Source: Proteobacteria bacterium UBA981
GTDB lineage: Bacteria; Pseudomonadota; Gammaproteobacteria; Ga0077536
DNA: 64,000 nt
NCBI GenBank assembly: GCA_002292285.1
Contig: DBBP01000021.1
Coordinates: 12,328 to 76,327 of the forward strand
Reading direction: 5' to 3'
The position numbers were made by a program, and so were the translations under genes. The notes under the pieces were generated by a model. That model had not been told where the DNA came from. It ran no database searches and was given only the letters and a program-made list of their open reading frames with translations. Of this stretch, positions 20,329 to 29,385 are shown piece by piece. Positions within the stretch are counted from its first letter, which is position 1. Each line of letters starts with the position of its first letter.

Positions 20329-21020
20329 TTCGAGCAGCGGTACACGATGTCGGAACCGTCATCACCCTGAAAGGCGAGACCGATCCAGCGTTGCTGTAAA
20401 TACCAAACCGTTGCTGCGAGGTCACCCGTGTATTCGAAACAATGCGCCTCTGCCGGCAATGAAAGACCCAGCGTTTTCGCCTTTTTTGCCGGGCACGACA
20501 CGATATCTACTTCGTTTACGTGCCCGGTAATCGTATTCAGCACATGGGATTTTTGCAGGACAGCGGGATTCCAGTGGTCGGTGGGTATTAGTGTGGCGGG
20601 ATGCGCAACCAGAGATTGGCTGCTTTGAATCGTAGTGGCTGCGCCGTCGAACGACGCTTTCACAGAATTCATTCTTCCATTGCGATCAACGGTGGCGTCC
20701 AGTGCCACCATCTGGTTGTTGCACCACGTCGAGCGCAAGTCGTAAGCGAAATCGAATACCGGAATAAACAGCAAAGTCACCGTAAGCTGCATCGATGAAT
20801 GCGCATGCAGACCGGCGCTTGAGCGCGAGAAAACTGTGCGATGCGACCCGACGATTTTACCGTTGCGAATGACGTCAAACACGATCTGGTCGTCATAGGT
20901 TTGATGCACGAAATCGCTCAGACCGGCAGGGTCAACGCAGTCCGCCTGGACATTCGTCGGCAGGATGCTCATTACGAGCGCAAAAAGTGTCAGCACAGCC
21001 GAATAGCTTGAATACTTCAT
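20313..21020 (-). CDS. Exported DUF6134-like protein
   Basis: Signal peptide, FDVIRNGKIVGSH, LNTITG; typical neighbour of sigmaE-ChrR clusters. Confidence 0.65.
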   Translation of the reverse strand: MKYSSYSAVLTLFALVMSILPTNVQADCVDPAGLSDFVHQTYDDQIVFDVIRNGKIVGSHRTVFSRSSAGLHAHSSMQLTVTLLFIPVFDFAYDLRSTWCNNQMVALDATVDRNGRMNSVKASFDGAATTIQSSQSLVAHPATLIPTDHWNPAVLQKSHVLNTITGHVNEVDIVSCPAKKAKTLGLSLPAEAHCFEYTGDLAATVWYLQQRWIGLAFQGDDGSDIVYRCSNCRVR

Positions 21021-21028
21021 AAGACTTA

Positions 21029-21054
21029 TACGACGCTTTCGCGAAAAGTGATCA
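21029..21054 (-). promoter_or_regulatory. Putative sigmaE promoter (TGATCA-N15-TCGTA) for DUF6134-SDR-SnoaL operon
   Basis: Minus-strand TGATCA at 21054-21049 and TCGTA at 21033-21029. Confidence 0.7.
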
Positions 21055-21061
21055 CAAACTG

Positions 21062-21087
21062 TGATCCGGACAAGTCTATCCGTCGTA
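21062..21087 (+). promoter_or_regulatory. Putative sigmaE promoter (TGATCC-N15-TCGTA) for DUF3833 gene
   Basis: TGATCC at 21062-21067 and TCGTA at 21083-21087. Confidence 0.75.
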
Positions 21088-21095
21088 GCCACACT

Positions 21096-21731
21096 ATGAA
21101 TCGTAACTACAGCCGTGCGAAAAGGTATTCCTCAGGACTGCGAAAACTTATCTGTTTATCGCTCCTGCCATTAATCGGGGCGTGCAGTGGCGTACGAACA
21201 GAGGACCGCACAGGCTCCCAACCGACTCTCGATCTGTTCGCCTTTTTTGACGGGCAGACCGAGGCATGGGGGATCGTGCAGGATTGGCGTGGTCGGGTCG
21301 TGCTGCAGTTCGTCGCCCGTATCGAGGGCGTAGTGGAAAACGATCAGCTGACATTGAACGAAGTCTTCGACTACGCCGATGGCGAGCGGGACTTCCGCCG
21401 ATGGAAGATTCGACGCGATAAGAACGGCGGCATCTCCGGTACTGCGAACGATATCATCGGTACCGCAACAGGAGCGATCAGCGGGAATGCGTTGACCTGG
21501 CATTACGAGATGGCGTTAGAAAGCGGCGGACGCAAATATCACGTGCGCTTCGCTGACAGATTGTGGCAGATAGACCGGGATACGCTCATCAACCGGGCTT
21601 ACATCAAAAAATTCGGCCTGACGGTAGCTGAAGTTTCGTTGTTTATGCGCCGCTCCGGCAGCACGCCACAAAGCGCCGTCAAAAGCGCGGGTGACACCGC
21701 AACGACGCGTTTACTCATAAGCGCGGAGTAA
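21096..21731 (+). CDS. DUF3833 family lipoprotein
   Basis: LIGAC lipobox, FFDGQTEAWGIVQDWRG, LINRAYIKKFGLTVAEVSLF. Confidence 0.8.
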   Translation: MNRNYSRAKRYSSGLRKLICLSLLPLIGACSGVRTEDRTGSQPTLDLFAFFDGQTEAWGIVQDWRGRVVLQFVARIEGVVENDQLTLNEVFDYADGERDFRRWKIRRDKNGGISGTANDIIGTATGAISGNALTWHYEMALESGGRKYHVRFADRLWQIDRDTLINRAYIKKFGLTVAEVSLFMRRSGSTPQSAVKSAGDTATTRLLISAE

Positions 21732-21772
21732 AACAGTCGCTACGGTTGCGTAATTTCGCCGGCAACGCGTTG

Positions 21773-23197
21773 TTAATAGCGATAATGATCTGGCTTATAG
21801 GGTCCAGCCGCCGGAACATCCAGATACTCGCACTGTTTTTCAGAGAGCTCATCGAGGGTTACGCCGATGTGAGCCAGATGTAACCTTGCAACTTTCTCGT
21901 CGAGAAGTTTCGGTAACGTATAGACGCCCAATGGATAGCGTTCAGGCGATTGAAACATTTCGATCTGTGCGATCGTCTGGTTGGTGAAACTATTGGACAT
22001 TACAAAGCTCGGATGCCCGGTAGCGCAACCTAAATTCACCAGGCGCCCCTCGGCGAGAAGAATGATCCGCCGGGCATCGTTAATCTTGATCACGTGTACG
22101 CGCGGTTTGATTTCCGTCCATTCGTATCCGCGCATGCGTTCAACCTGGATTTCACTGTCGAAATGGCCAATGTTGCATACGATGGCGAGATCTTTCATCT
22201 GACTCATATGCTGCTTAGTGATCACGTCGCAACAGCCTGTAGTCGTGACAAACACGTCGCCTTCCCGGCAGGCTTCGTCCATAGTTTTGACCTCATAACC
22301 TTCCATAGCCGCCTGCAATGCGCAGATGGGGTCAATTTCAGTCACGATGACGCGCGCGCCCTGCCCGCGCAGAGACTGGGCGCTACCTTTACCGACGTCG
22401 CCATACCCTGCGACGACAGCAACCTTACCGGATAGCATGACGTCTGTGGCGCGGTTGATGGCATCCACCAGCGAGTGACGGCAGCCGTAAAGGTTGTCGA
22501 ATTTGGACTTTGTAACCGAGTCGTTCACATTCATCGCAGGGAACAGCAGCTCCCCACTTTCGAGCATCTGATAGAGGCGATGGACACCGGTCGTAGTTTC
22601 CTCAGTCACCCCCAGGATATCCGGAACCATACCTTGAAATCTTTGCGGATCGCGGGCGATAGAACGCCTGAGCTGCGCATAAAGCGCAGCTTCTTCTTCG
22701 TTGTTGGTCTTGATATCGAGCAGTGATGGATCTTTTTCAGCGCGGTAACCGAGCGACACGAATAGCGTCGCGTCGCCGCCATCATCGAGGATCATATTGG
22801 GCCCGAGGCCATCACCCCAGTCGAAAAGCGTATCCGTGTATTCCCAGTATTGTTCGATAGACTCCCCGTTCACCGCAAACACCGGGATGCCTGTGCGGGC
22901 AAGCGCGGCCGCTGCATGGTCCTGGGTTGAAAATATGTTGCAGCTCGCCCATCGGACTTTAGCGCCGAGGCATTCAAGGGTTTCTATGAGTACTGCAGTC
23001 TGGACAGTCATGTGCAATGAACCGGCGATGCGCGCGCCTTTCAGCGGCTTGGTTTCGCCGAATTCTTTGCGCATCGCCATAAGGCCAGGCATCTCGTGCT
23101 CGGCAAGTTCGATTTCTCTTCGCCCGAAGTCGGCGAGGCTCATGTCCTTGATCACGTAGTCGTTCTTTGCGGACGAGATTTCAGTTTTAGTTAGCAT
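21773..23197 (-). CDS. ahcY: Adenosylhomocysteinase (SAH hydrolase)
   Basis: [61 protein letters not shown]. Confidence 0.98.
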   Translation of the reverse strand: MLTKTEISSAKNDYVIKDMSLADFGRREIELAEHEMPGLMAMRKEFGETKPLKGARIAGSLHMTVQTAVLIETLECLGAKVRWASCNIFSTQDHAAAALARTGIPVFAVNGESIEQYWEYTDTLFDWGDGLGPNMILDDGGDATLFVSLGYRAEKDPSLLDIKTNNEEEAALYAQLRRSIARDPQRFQGMVPDILGVTEETTTGVHRLYQMLESGELLFPAMNVNDSVTKSKFDNLYGCRHSLVDAINRATDVMLSGKVAVVAGYGDVGKGSAQSLRGQGARVIVTEIDPICALQAAMEGYEVKTMDEACREGDVFVTTTGCCDVITKQHMSQMKDLAIVCNIGHFDSEIQVERMRGYEWTEIKPRVHVIKINDARRIILLAEGRLVNLGCATGHPSFVMSNSFTNQTIAQIEMFQSPERYPLGVYTLPKLLDEKVARLHLAHIGVTLDELSEKQCEYLDVPAAGPYKPDHYRY

Positions 23198-23565
23198 GAG
23201 AATTCACAGTTGTTCCTATACATGATAAGTAACTTGTATACGTTCACCGCTGCCTTTCGGTTTACTTCGTCGCGGCGACGCCGCCCTACAAATGCAGCTG
23301 GCTTTAACTGTGGTCGGAGAAACCCACGGTTGCTTTTGCACCAACTGATCAGCGCAGCGCTGATGTATCGAGAAAATAGCTCTCCGCTATCTATGTCGAA
23401 CAACCGAGTTGACTGCGAGCGTTAATGCCGCGCGACTTGTTGCCGGCTGCAAAGTGCATTGCACGACTGGCCACGGGGGTATTTACCCGTGTTTACGCAG
23501 GTCGTCGAAGGCACTCGTGACGTTAAACACCGGTTGCTGGTGACCGAGGCTGACTCGCTCGATGC

Positions 23566-25035
23566 TCAGCTCGGGATTTTTTTGCCCATTTCCCTATACG
23601 CCGTCAGCGCTCGTGCGCGGGCATCGGCGTGGTCAACTATGGGCAGTGGGTAGTCGCGACCAAGGCAAACGCCCGCCGCATCCAGTATTTCGCTCGAAGC
23701 ATGCCACGGTTCGTGCACATACTTTAGCGGCAGACCGGACAATTCGGGAACCCAACGGTAAACATACGCACCCGTTTTATCGAATTTCTTACCCTGCAGA
23801 ATCGGATTGAATATTCTGAAGTAAGGTGCCGCGTCTGCACCGCACCCGGCGACCCATTGCCAGCCAGCGGAATTATTCGCCAGATCTGCATCTACCAGCG
23901 TGTCCCAGAACCAGCGCGCGCCGTCTTGCCAGGGAATAAGTAAATGTTTGACCAGAAACGAAGCAACCACCATACGGACACGATTATGCATCCATCCGGT
24001 TTGCCACAGCTGACGCATGCCCGCATCAACGATCGGATAGCCGGTCTGGCCGTTCTGCCAACTTTCGAGTGCGGCCGGATCCCGGCGCCAGGGGAACGCC
24101 GCGAAACTGGCCCGGAACGGAGTAACTGGCAGTTCTGGCTGATAGTGCAGCAGGTAGTAAGAGAACTCTCGCCACCCGAGTTGCCTGAGAAATGCTTCCG
24201 CATCTGAGCTTGTTGAAGGGTTCTGCAGAAGATGGTTATGCAATATGTGCCACACCTCGCGCGGACTAATTTCTCCAAAGCGCAAATGCGCTGAAAGGCC
24301 GGACGTGGCTTCGGCATGGGGCAGGTCTCGTGCGTTTCTGTATCGACTCAGGCGATTGGCCAGAAATTCTTCAACACAGGCGCGTGCGCCCTGTTCGCCG
24401 GGCATCCATAAGCCCTTGAACCCCTTTGACCAATCAGGTGCACGCGGGATTAACTGGAGTGCCTCGAGCGCCTCGGAACGAACATTGCCGGGATAAAACA
24501 CAGGGCTGCGTGGGCATGCCAATGGCAGGCCGGGATCAGGTGCTCTTAACAGTGTTTTCCAATACGGAGTAAACACCTGGAACGGATCACCCTTACGATT
24601 GCGAATTGCCTCGGGCTGAAATAACAGTGCCCCGCGGTGGCTGATCAAACCTCCTCCCCTCGAGGCGAGCTCAACACTGATCTGCTTCTCAGTTTGCATG
24701 CCATGCGGCTCCGCGCTGGCGCCACAGTGCACCGCGCATGCGTCGGTTTCTGTGATGAGAGCGGATAACGCGTGCAGCGCCGGACCGCGGCGAAGAACCA
24801 GGCGCCCACCAAGTGCTTCGAGGCTAGCTGCAAGCGCAGCCAAACTATGATGGAGCCACCAGCGGCTCGCGCCACCCAACGCCCACTGAGTAGTCGGGCC
24901 CTGCTCATCAAGGACGTAACAGGCAATCAACGGCCGGCCCGACGCAGCAGCCGCTACGAAGGGGCGATGATCGGACAGTCTTAAATCGGACCGAAACCAG
25001 ACGATGACGGGCTCAGAATTGCCGGTTGAAGTCAT
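23566..25035 (-). CDS. phr: Deoxyribodipyrimidine photolyase (CPD photolyase)
   Basis: WFRSDLRLSD, TSGLSAHLRFGEIS, TGWMHNRVRM, GWQWVAGCGADAAPYFRIFNP. Confidence 0.95.
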   Translation of the reverse strand: MTSTGNSEPVIVWFRSDLRLSDHRPFVAAAASGRPLIACYVLDEQGPTTQWALGGASRWWLHHSLAALAASLEALGGRLVLRRGPALHALSALITETDACAVHCGASAEPHGMQTEKQISVELASRGGGLISHRGALLFQPEAIRNRKGDPFQVFTPYWKTLLRAPDPGLPLACPRSPVFYPGNVRSEALEALQLIPRAPDWSKGFKGLWMPGEQGARACVEEFLANRLSRYRNARDLPHAEATSGLSAHLRFGEISPREVWHILHNHLLQNPSTSSDAEAFLRQLGWREFSYYLLHYQPELPVTPFRASFAAFPWRRDPAALESWQNGQTGYPIVDAGMRQLWQTGWMHNRVRMVVASFLVKHLLIPWQDGARWFWDTLVDADLANNSAGWQWVAGCGADAAPYFRIFNPILQGKKFDKTGAYVYRWVPELSGLPLKYVHEPWHASSEILDAAGVCLGRDYPLPIVDHADARARALTAYREMGKKIPS

Positions 25036-25108
25036 TTCGTGCCGCGGAAAAACGCGTGCGGCGCCGCAGCTGGCACAGCCATCATTCGATCAGAGGCAGT
25101 GCTGTGAG

Positions 25109-26275
25109 CTAATAGCTACGCGGTAGATCAAGCACTTTCTCGGCGATAAAACATTTGATGAGTTGCTCGGAGACCGGAGCGATACGCGTGACGGTGACTT
25201 CGCGGAGCAGGCGCTCGACGTGGTACTCCCTGGCATAACCGAAGCCGCCGTGAGTCAACACCGCATTCAGGCAAGCATCGTGAGCAGCCTTTGCGCCGAG
25301 ATATTTCGCTGCATTCGCTTCGGCACCACAGGGACGGTCGTTGTCGTATAGCCAGGCCGCCTTCATGGCGATCGCGTAGGCCGCCTCAAGATGCATCCAG
25401 TCTTCTGCCAGGGGATGTTGAATGCCTTGATTCATGCCAATCGGGCGATCGAAGACCACCCGCTCACCGGCGTATTTGGCTGCACGGGCGAGCGCATCCT
25501 GGCCGATACCGATCGCTTCGCAAGCCACCAGAACGCGCTCAGGATTGAGACTATGCAGGATATAGCCGAAGCCCTTGCCTTCCTCGCCAATCAGGTCTTC
25601 GTCGGGGATGAACAAGTTGTCGATGAACACCGCATTCGAATCGACCGCCTTGCGGCCCATTTTGGGAATGCGCTTGATTTCCATTTTTTCACGATCGATA
25701 TCCGTATAGAAAACACTGATGCCATCAGTCGGGCGCTTGCTGTCTTCGAAGCGGCTGGTGCGCGCCAGCAACATAATTTTGTTGGCAACCTGGGCCGTAG
25801 AAGTCCAAACCTTCTGGCCATTGACGACATAGCCGCCGTCGACTTTCTCAGCAAAAGTGCTGATGCGCGTCGTGTTCAGTCCGGCATCCGGCTCGGTAAC
25901 ACCAAAGCAACACTGATCATCGCCTGCAACCAGGCGCGGAACCCAGCGTGCTTTCTGTGCGTCGCTGCCGAACACCACGATTGGATGGGGGCCGAACAGG
26001 TTGATATGAATCGTTGATGCCGCCGCGTAGCCGCCGCCATGGTTGCAGACCTCACGCATCATGATGGCCGCCTCAGTCACGCCGAGGTTCGCGCCACCGT
26101 AGGCTTCAGGCATCGTGATGCCGAGCCAGCCGGCTTCCGCCATGGCGCGATGGAAAGCGTGGGGGAATTCACCGTCGTCGTCCCGTTCCAGCCAATAGTC
26201 TGCATCGAAACGACTGACGACGGCCGCCACAGCATCCTTTATCGCGCGTTGCTCATCGGTTAAGTCGAAGTCCAA
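25109..26275 (-). CDS. Acyl-CoA dehydrogenase
   Basis: FGVTEPDAG, NGQKVWTS, VFDRPIG, HGGFGYAREY. Confidence 0.93.
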   Translation of the reverse strand: MDFDLTDEQRAIKDAVAAVVSRFDADYWLERDDDGEFPHAFHRAMAEAGWLGITMPEAYGGANLGVTEAAIMMREVCNHGGGYAAASTIHINLFGPHPIVVFGSDAQKARWVPRLVAGDDQCCFGVTEPDAGLNTTRISTFAEKVDGGYVVNGQKVWTSTAQVANKIMLLARTSRFEDSKRPTDGISVFYTDIDREKMEIKRIPKMGRKAVDSNAVFIDNLFIPDEDLIGEEGKGFGYILHSLNPERVLVACEAIGIGQDALARAAKYAGERVVFDRPIGMNQGIQHPLAEDWMHLEAAYAIAMKAAWLYDNDRPCGAEANAAKYLGAKAAHDACLNAVLTHGGFGYAREYHVERLLREVTVTRIAPVSEQLIKCFIAEKVLDLPRSY

Positions 26276-26355
26276 AGCTGTCTGTCCTCGCTAAAAAATC
26301 TCGGCGCCGCAGCGCGAAAGCCCGGGATTATATGATGCGCCGTAGCGAATGCACC

Positions 26356-26379
26356 GGGGTTACGTCTTCACATTTCACA
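26356..26379 (+). repeat. REP-like arm GGGGTTACGTCTTCACATTTCACA
   Basis: 21/24 identity to the reverse complement of 27219-27242. Confidence 0.65.
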
Positions 26380-26738
26380 AGTTCTCACCCTGTGAACGCC
26401 CTTCGGAATGGGGGTGTTACCCCTGCACAGTGTGCCAGATTTATTCAATACGGAAGAAAAATCCACGTGACCAGTCTTGCTGCCCCGGTGCGGCACATGG
26501 AAGACAAAGACTTGAACATCCGGTGGAAATATTCAGGTCTTGGTAGAGTGGAATTCATAGTGCCCGCCATCTCGCAGCATGGTGGACAACACGCGACATA
26601 GATGCCGACCCAATGCGCGGGTCGCCTGCTTGAGTGTTTCGCCCGGTACGCGTTTGTTCTCGTACTAGCGTTGGGGCAAACGCCATTTCGGGGCGTCGGT
26701 ACATAGCCATCCGCCTTAGAACCCCTCCATCGAGCAGG

Positions 26739-27176
26739 TCATTCGCAACGATAGCGTACAGTGGCACCGGCATCACCGCTGGCGATGTTGCCGAATGTCA
26801 GTTCACCCTCACCGGTGAGCACGCCTTCTTCGCGATGCACGTGCAACGGGTGGCCGTCGCGCGGGATCACATGGGTGCCATTGATACTGTCATCCTTGAG
26901 CTGAAAACGACCATGATGAAAGGCAATCTCGGCGTGTCGGCGCGACGTGAAACGACTGCCGGTGACAATATCGGTGCCCGCGATACGCCCGATTGTGCAG
27001 TGACGCCGGCCGTCGTCTATTCGATACTCTCCACCTTCGTGTTCAAGAACAAGACGGGTATGATCCTGCGACGTCGGCTCTGCGACATGAAACGTAGTCA
27101 CGTCTTCGCTTTCTTCCCAGGCCAACTTGTAGACGCCGAAGTCCCGGCCATCAAGGCGCCAGGGGCAGGTCATCAC
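26739..27176 (-). pseudogene. FHA-domain protein, probably the 3' remnant of a cyclase-FHA fusion
   Basis: FHA motifs IGR, SRRHAEI, SINGT; N-terminal VYKLAWEESEDVT resembles the end of a class III cyclase domain; ORF start lies inside a palindromic repeat. Confidence 0.6.
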
Positions 27177-27242
27177 ATTTCACAAGTGACTGGTTCTCGC
27201 CCCATGAACTCAAGAGTGTGTGAATTGTGAAGACTTGACCCC
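27162..27242. repeat. REPIN-like element (GGGGCAGGTCATCACATTTCACA ... TGTGAATTGTGAAGACTTGACCCC)
   Basis: Imperfect inverted arms at 27162-27184 and 27219-27242 with GGGG/CCCC ends. Confidence 0.7.
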
Positions 27243-27334
27243 TGCTGCTGCTCATGCGCAACTTTCATCCCGCTGTTCGCTTTTAGCCGTACCTCAATGT
27301 GGAAAACGCGTCCGGCTTGGCATCGTCCTAAGGG

Positions 27335-27386
27335 CGTCCTAAGGGGACAGATTTATTTGACCAAATAAATCTGTCCCCTTAGGACG
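27335..27386. repeat. Perfect 25-bp-arm palindrome (REPIN-like) CGTCCTAAGGGGACAGATTTATTTG-AC-CAAATAAATCTGTCCCCTTAGGACG
   Basis: Read directly; near-identical copy at 41603-41648. Confidence 0.9.
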
Positions 27387-27436
27387 AGAGCGTCTCCGGA
27401 AACGAAATATCGTCTATCGGGATCTCGTTTTTTGAC

Positions 27437-27715
27437 GTGACGGATGGGACGACAATGCCGGACGCACTGAGTTCGACTGCTCCGCTTTCTTCTCAGAGCC
27501 AATACGATGCGTTCGCGACCGGATATTCGAGCAGCGGAACGGTGCCAGGCGGTCGGCGACTTCTTTTCTGGGAAACAATCAACGGTAGCAACCACTTCAG
27601 ACAGGGAACGTTATCCAGCTTCACCCTCTCGCGAGCAGTTCCCGAACCCGCCTCCCTCGCCCTCATGGGTATCGCCTTGGCGGGCGTTGGGTTCAAGCGA
27701 CGCAAAGCTATTTAG
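27437..27715 (+). pseudogene. PEP-CTERM protein C-terminal remnant
   Basis: VPEPASLALMGIALAGVGFKRRK sorting signal but no signal peptide; begins just after a palindromic repeat. Confidence 0.7.
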
Positions 27716-27736
27716 GCGCATCGAGCCATCGCAATC

Positions 27737-27764
27737 AGAGACTCGCTTCGGCGGGTTTCTTTTT
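27737..27764 (+). terminator. Rho-independent terminator
   Basis: AGAGACTCGC-TTCG-GCGGGTTTCT followed by T-run. Confidence 0.75.
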
Positions 27765-27960
27765 GCCTGGCACCTGGCAGCTCATGGGCGGTCGCGTCGG
27801 TCACAGGCACTACGCCGAGCGCCTGCCTCTCCTTAGGTGGCTCTGTTTATCCTGGCCCCTTTGCATTTCCTTTCCCGACAACCGCAAATGATTGAGTCAT
27901 TCTCAAGACGCTTCGTCGGGCACCACGACAGAACGCTGCTACGCCTAGATACAATTCCGC

Positions 27961-29187
27961 TTATGCGGCTGCGTACAGGCGGGTTGACGGTTTGAACAGC
28001 GCCCAGCTGAACCAAAACAATTTGTTGAAGTGCGGCACCGCATCGAGCCGCTCGCCTGCCAAACTCCCTTCTACAGCGAGCCCGGTGGCATCCCAGCGGG
28101 TGCCCGTGCCACGGTCGGCAGCAATACCCGGACCCGCTTCGACCGCATCGAATTCGAGAAGCTGGCCGGCGACCTGGCGCGAAAATACCGCCGCAACGTC
28201 ATGCTCGCGATCGCGCATCACCACGATCGAATCGCCGCCGACTTGATCATTGATCACCCCGTCAGCGGTGTCCTGCTTGAGCGGATAGCCGACCGCTTCG
28301 CCTTTGATATCAACCCCCACCACAAAGGCCATTGCCGGCAGGCGTTTATCGATCGCGCCGCGCACGCGATGCCACGGTGCCGTACGTCCTGACAGGCGCG
28401 AGATTGGAATCATCAATTGCAGCATCAAGGCGACCAGTCGATCACGGAACTCGCGCGGTGGTGAATCGTAAAGCGTAGTTTGCGGATAGAGCGTGAGCCA
28501 ATCTTCCCAGCGCGCCATCACCACCGGGTACATTTTCAGGTTTTGCCCCAGCGCTGGACCGGCAATGACTTCCGCGCTGAGCTGTTGGATATAGTTTCCA
28601 CTGGGTGCATCGTAATAGATGATGTTGTTGTTATAGGCCGTTACGCACTCCAGTGAGAGGGGCGTTCCGTTCAGCACCGGTTCAAAAGCGGTCGCGCTAT
28701 TGCAGAGTATGCAATAGGAGATCATCAGATCGCGCTCACCGACCTGATCATGAAAGTAGTGTGGCCGCGCAATTTGATCGCGGCGATAGGCAACAGCGAC
28801 GTCACCAACACTCACGCCTAAGATCACTTCGTCATCGTCAATGACTTTGGCCGCAGCGTCGCCGCGCAAGTGCTCTGCCGCGCCTGGCGGAGCCATCACT
28901 ATCGGGACGTAACCCGTCCAAAACATCATCGCCGTCATAGCGCTGAAGGCGACCATCGCGTAAAGCAAATGCGGTTGTCCGTTACGAACTGCGACGAGCG
29001 CACTGACCAGCGCCACGATGGAACAGATTGCCGCAAATCCCCAGAATTGTTTGCGACGCTGGTGGATGAATATCTGCCTCTCGCGAGTCAGATTCACCAG
29101 ATCAATAGTCAGAGGTGAGAATGGCAGTAACGTGGCGAGAAGCGCACCCGCTGCGCAAATAAATCCGATTATTCCCACTGCACTCAT
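27961..29187 (-). CDS. DUF3179 family membrane-anchored CxxC protein
   Basis: N-terminal TM helices, SYCILCNS, W..W...YPQT, FWFSWALFKP. Confidence 0.75.
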   Translation of the reverse strand: MSAVGIIGFICAAGALLATLLPFSPLTIDLVNLTRERQIFIHQRRKQFWGFAAICSIVALVSALVAVRNGQPHLLYAMVAFSAMTAMMFWTGYVPIVMAPPGAAEHLRGDAAAKVIDDDEVILGVSVGDVAVAYRRDQIARPHYFHDQVGERDLMISYCILCNSATAFEPVLNGTPLSLECVTAYNNNIIYYDAPSGNYIQQLSAEVIAGPALGQNLKMYPVVMARWEDWLTLYPQTTLYDSPPREFRDRLVALMLQLMIPISRLSGRTAPWHRVRGAIDKRLPAMAFVVGVDIKGEAVGYPLKQDTADGVINDQVGGDSIVVMRDREHDVAAVFSRQVAGQLLEFDAVEAGPGIAADRGTGTRWDATGLAVEGSLAGERLDAVPHFNKLFWFSWALFKPSTRLYAAA

Positions 29188-29385
29188 AGATTGCTCCTCG
29201 CTGACGAAACCGTCGTGGCACGCCCTTCTTAGGACAATTTGGCCATTAAAGGCTATTAATGACTCACAAAGGATAGTCTAATTCGAGCAATTGCAACAAC
29301 GAATCGCAGAATCATGGCGCTGCCAGTTACGGGATTCAGACGCCGTGCTGCGAATCGCAACTAGAAACAGTCAACGGAAACTCTG

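Noticed and set aside
23198-23565. SAH riboswitch upstream of ahcY
   Set aside because: Fragments such as AGCGCTGC, CTCGG and AACGCTC occur on the minus strand but in the wrong order for the riboswitch; not supportable without a covariance search
25036-25108. SigmaE promoter upstream of the photolyase gene
   Set aside because: TGATCG and GCGTT-like pieces exist on the minus strand but not at the 15-nt spacing seen in the other four sites
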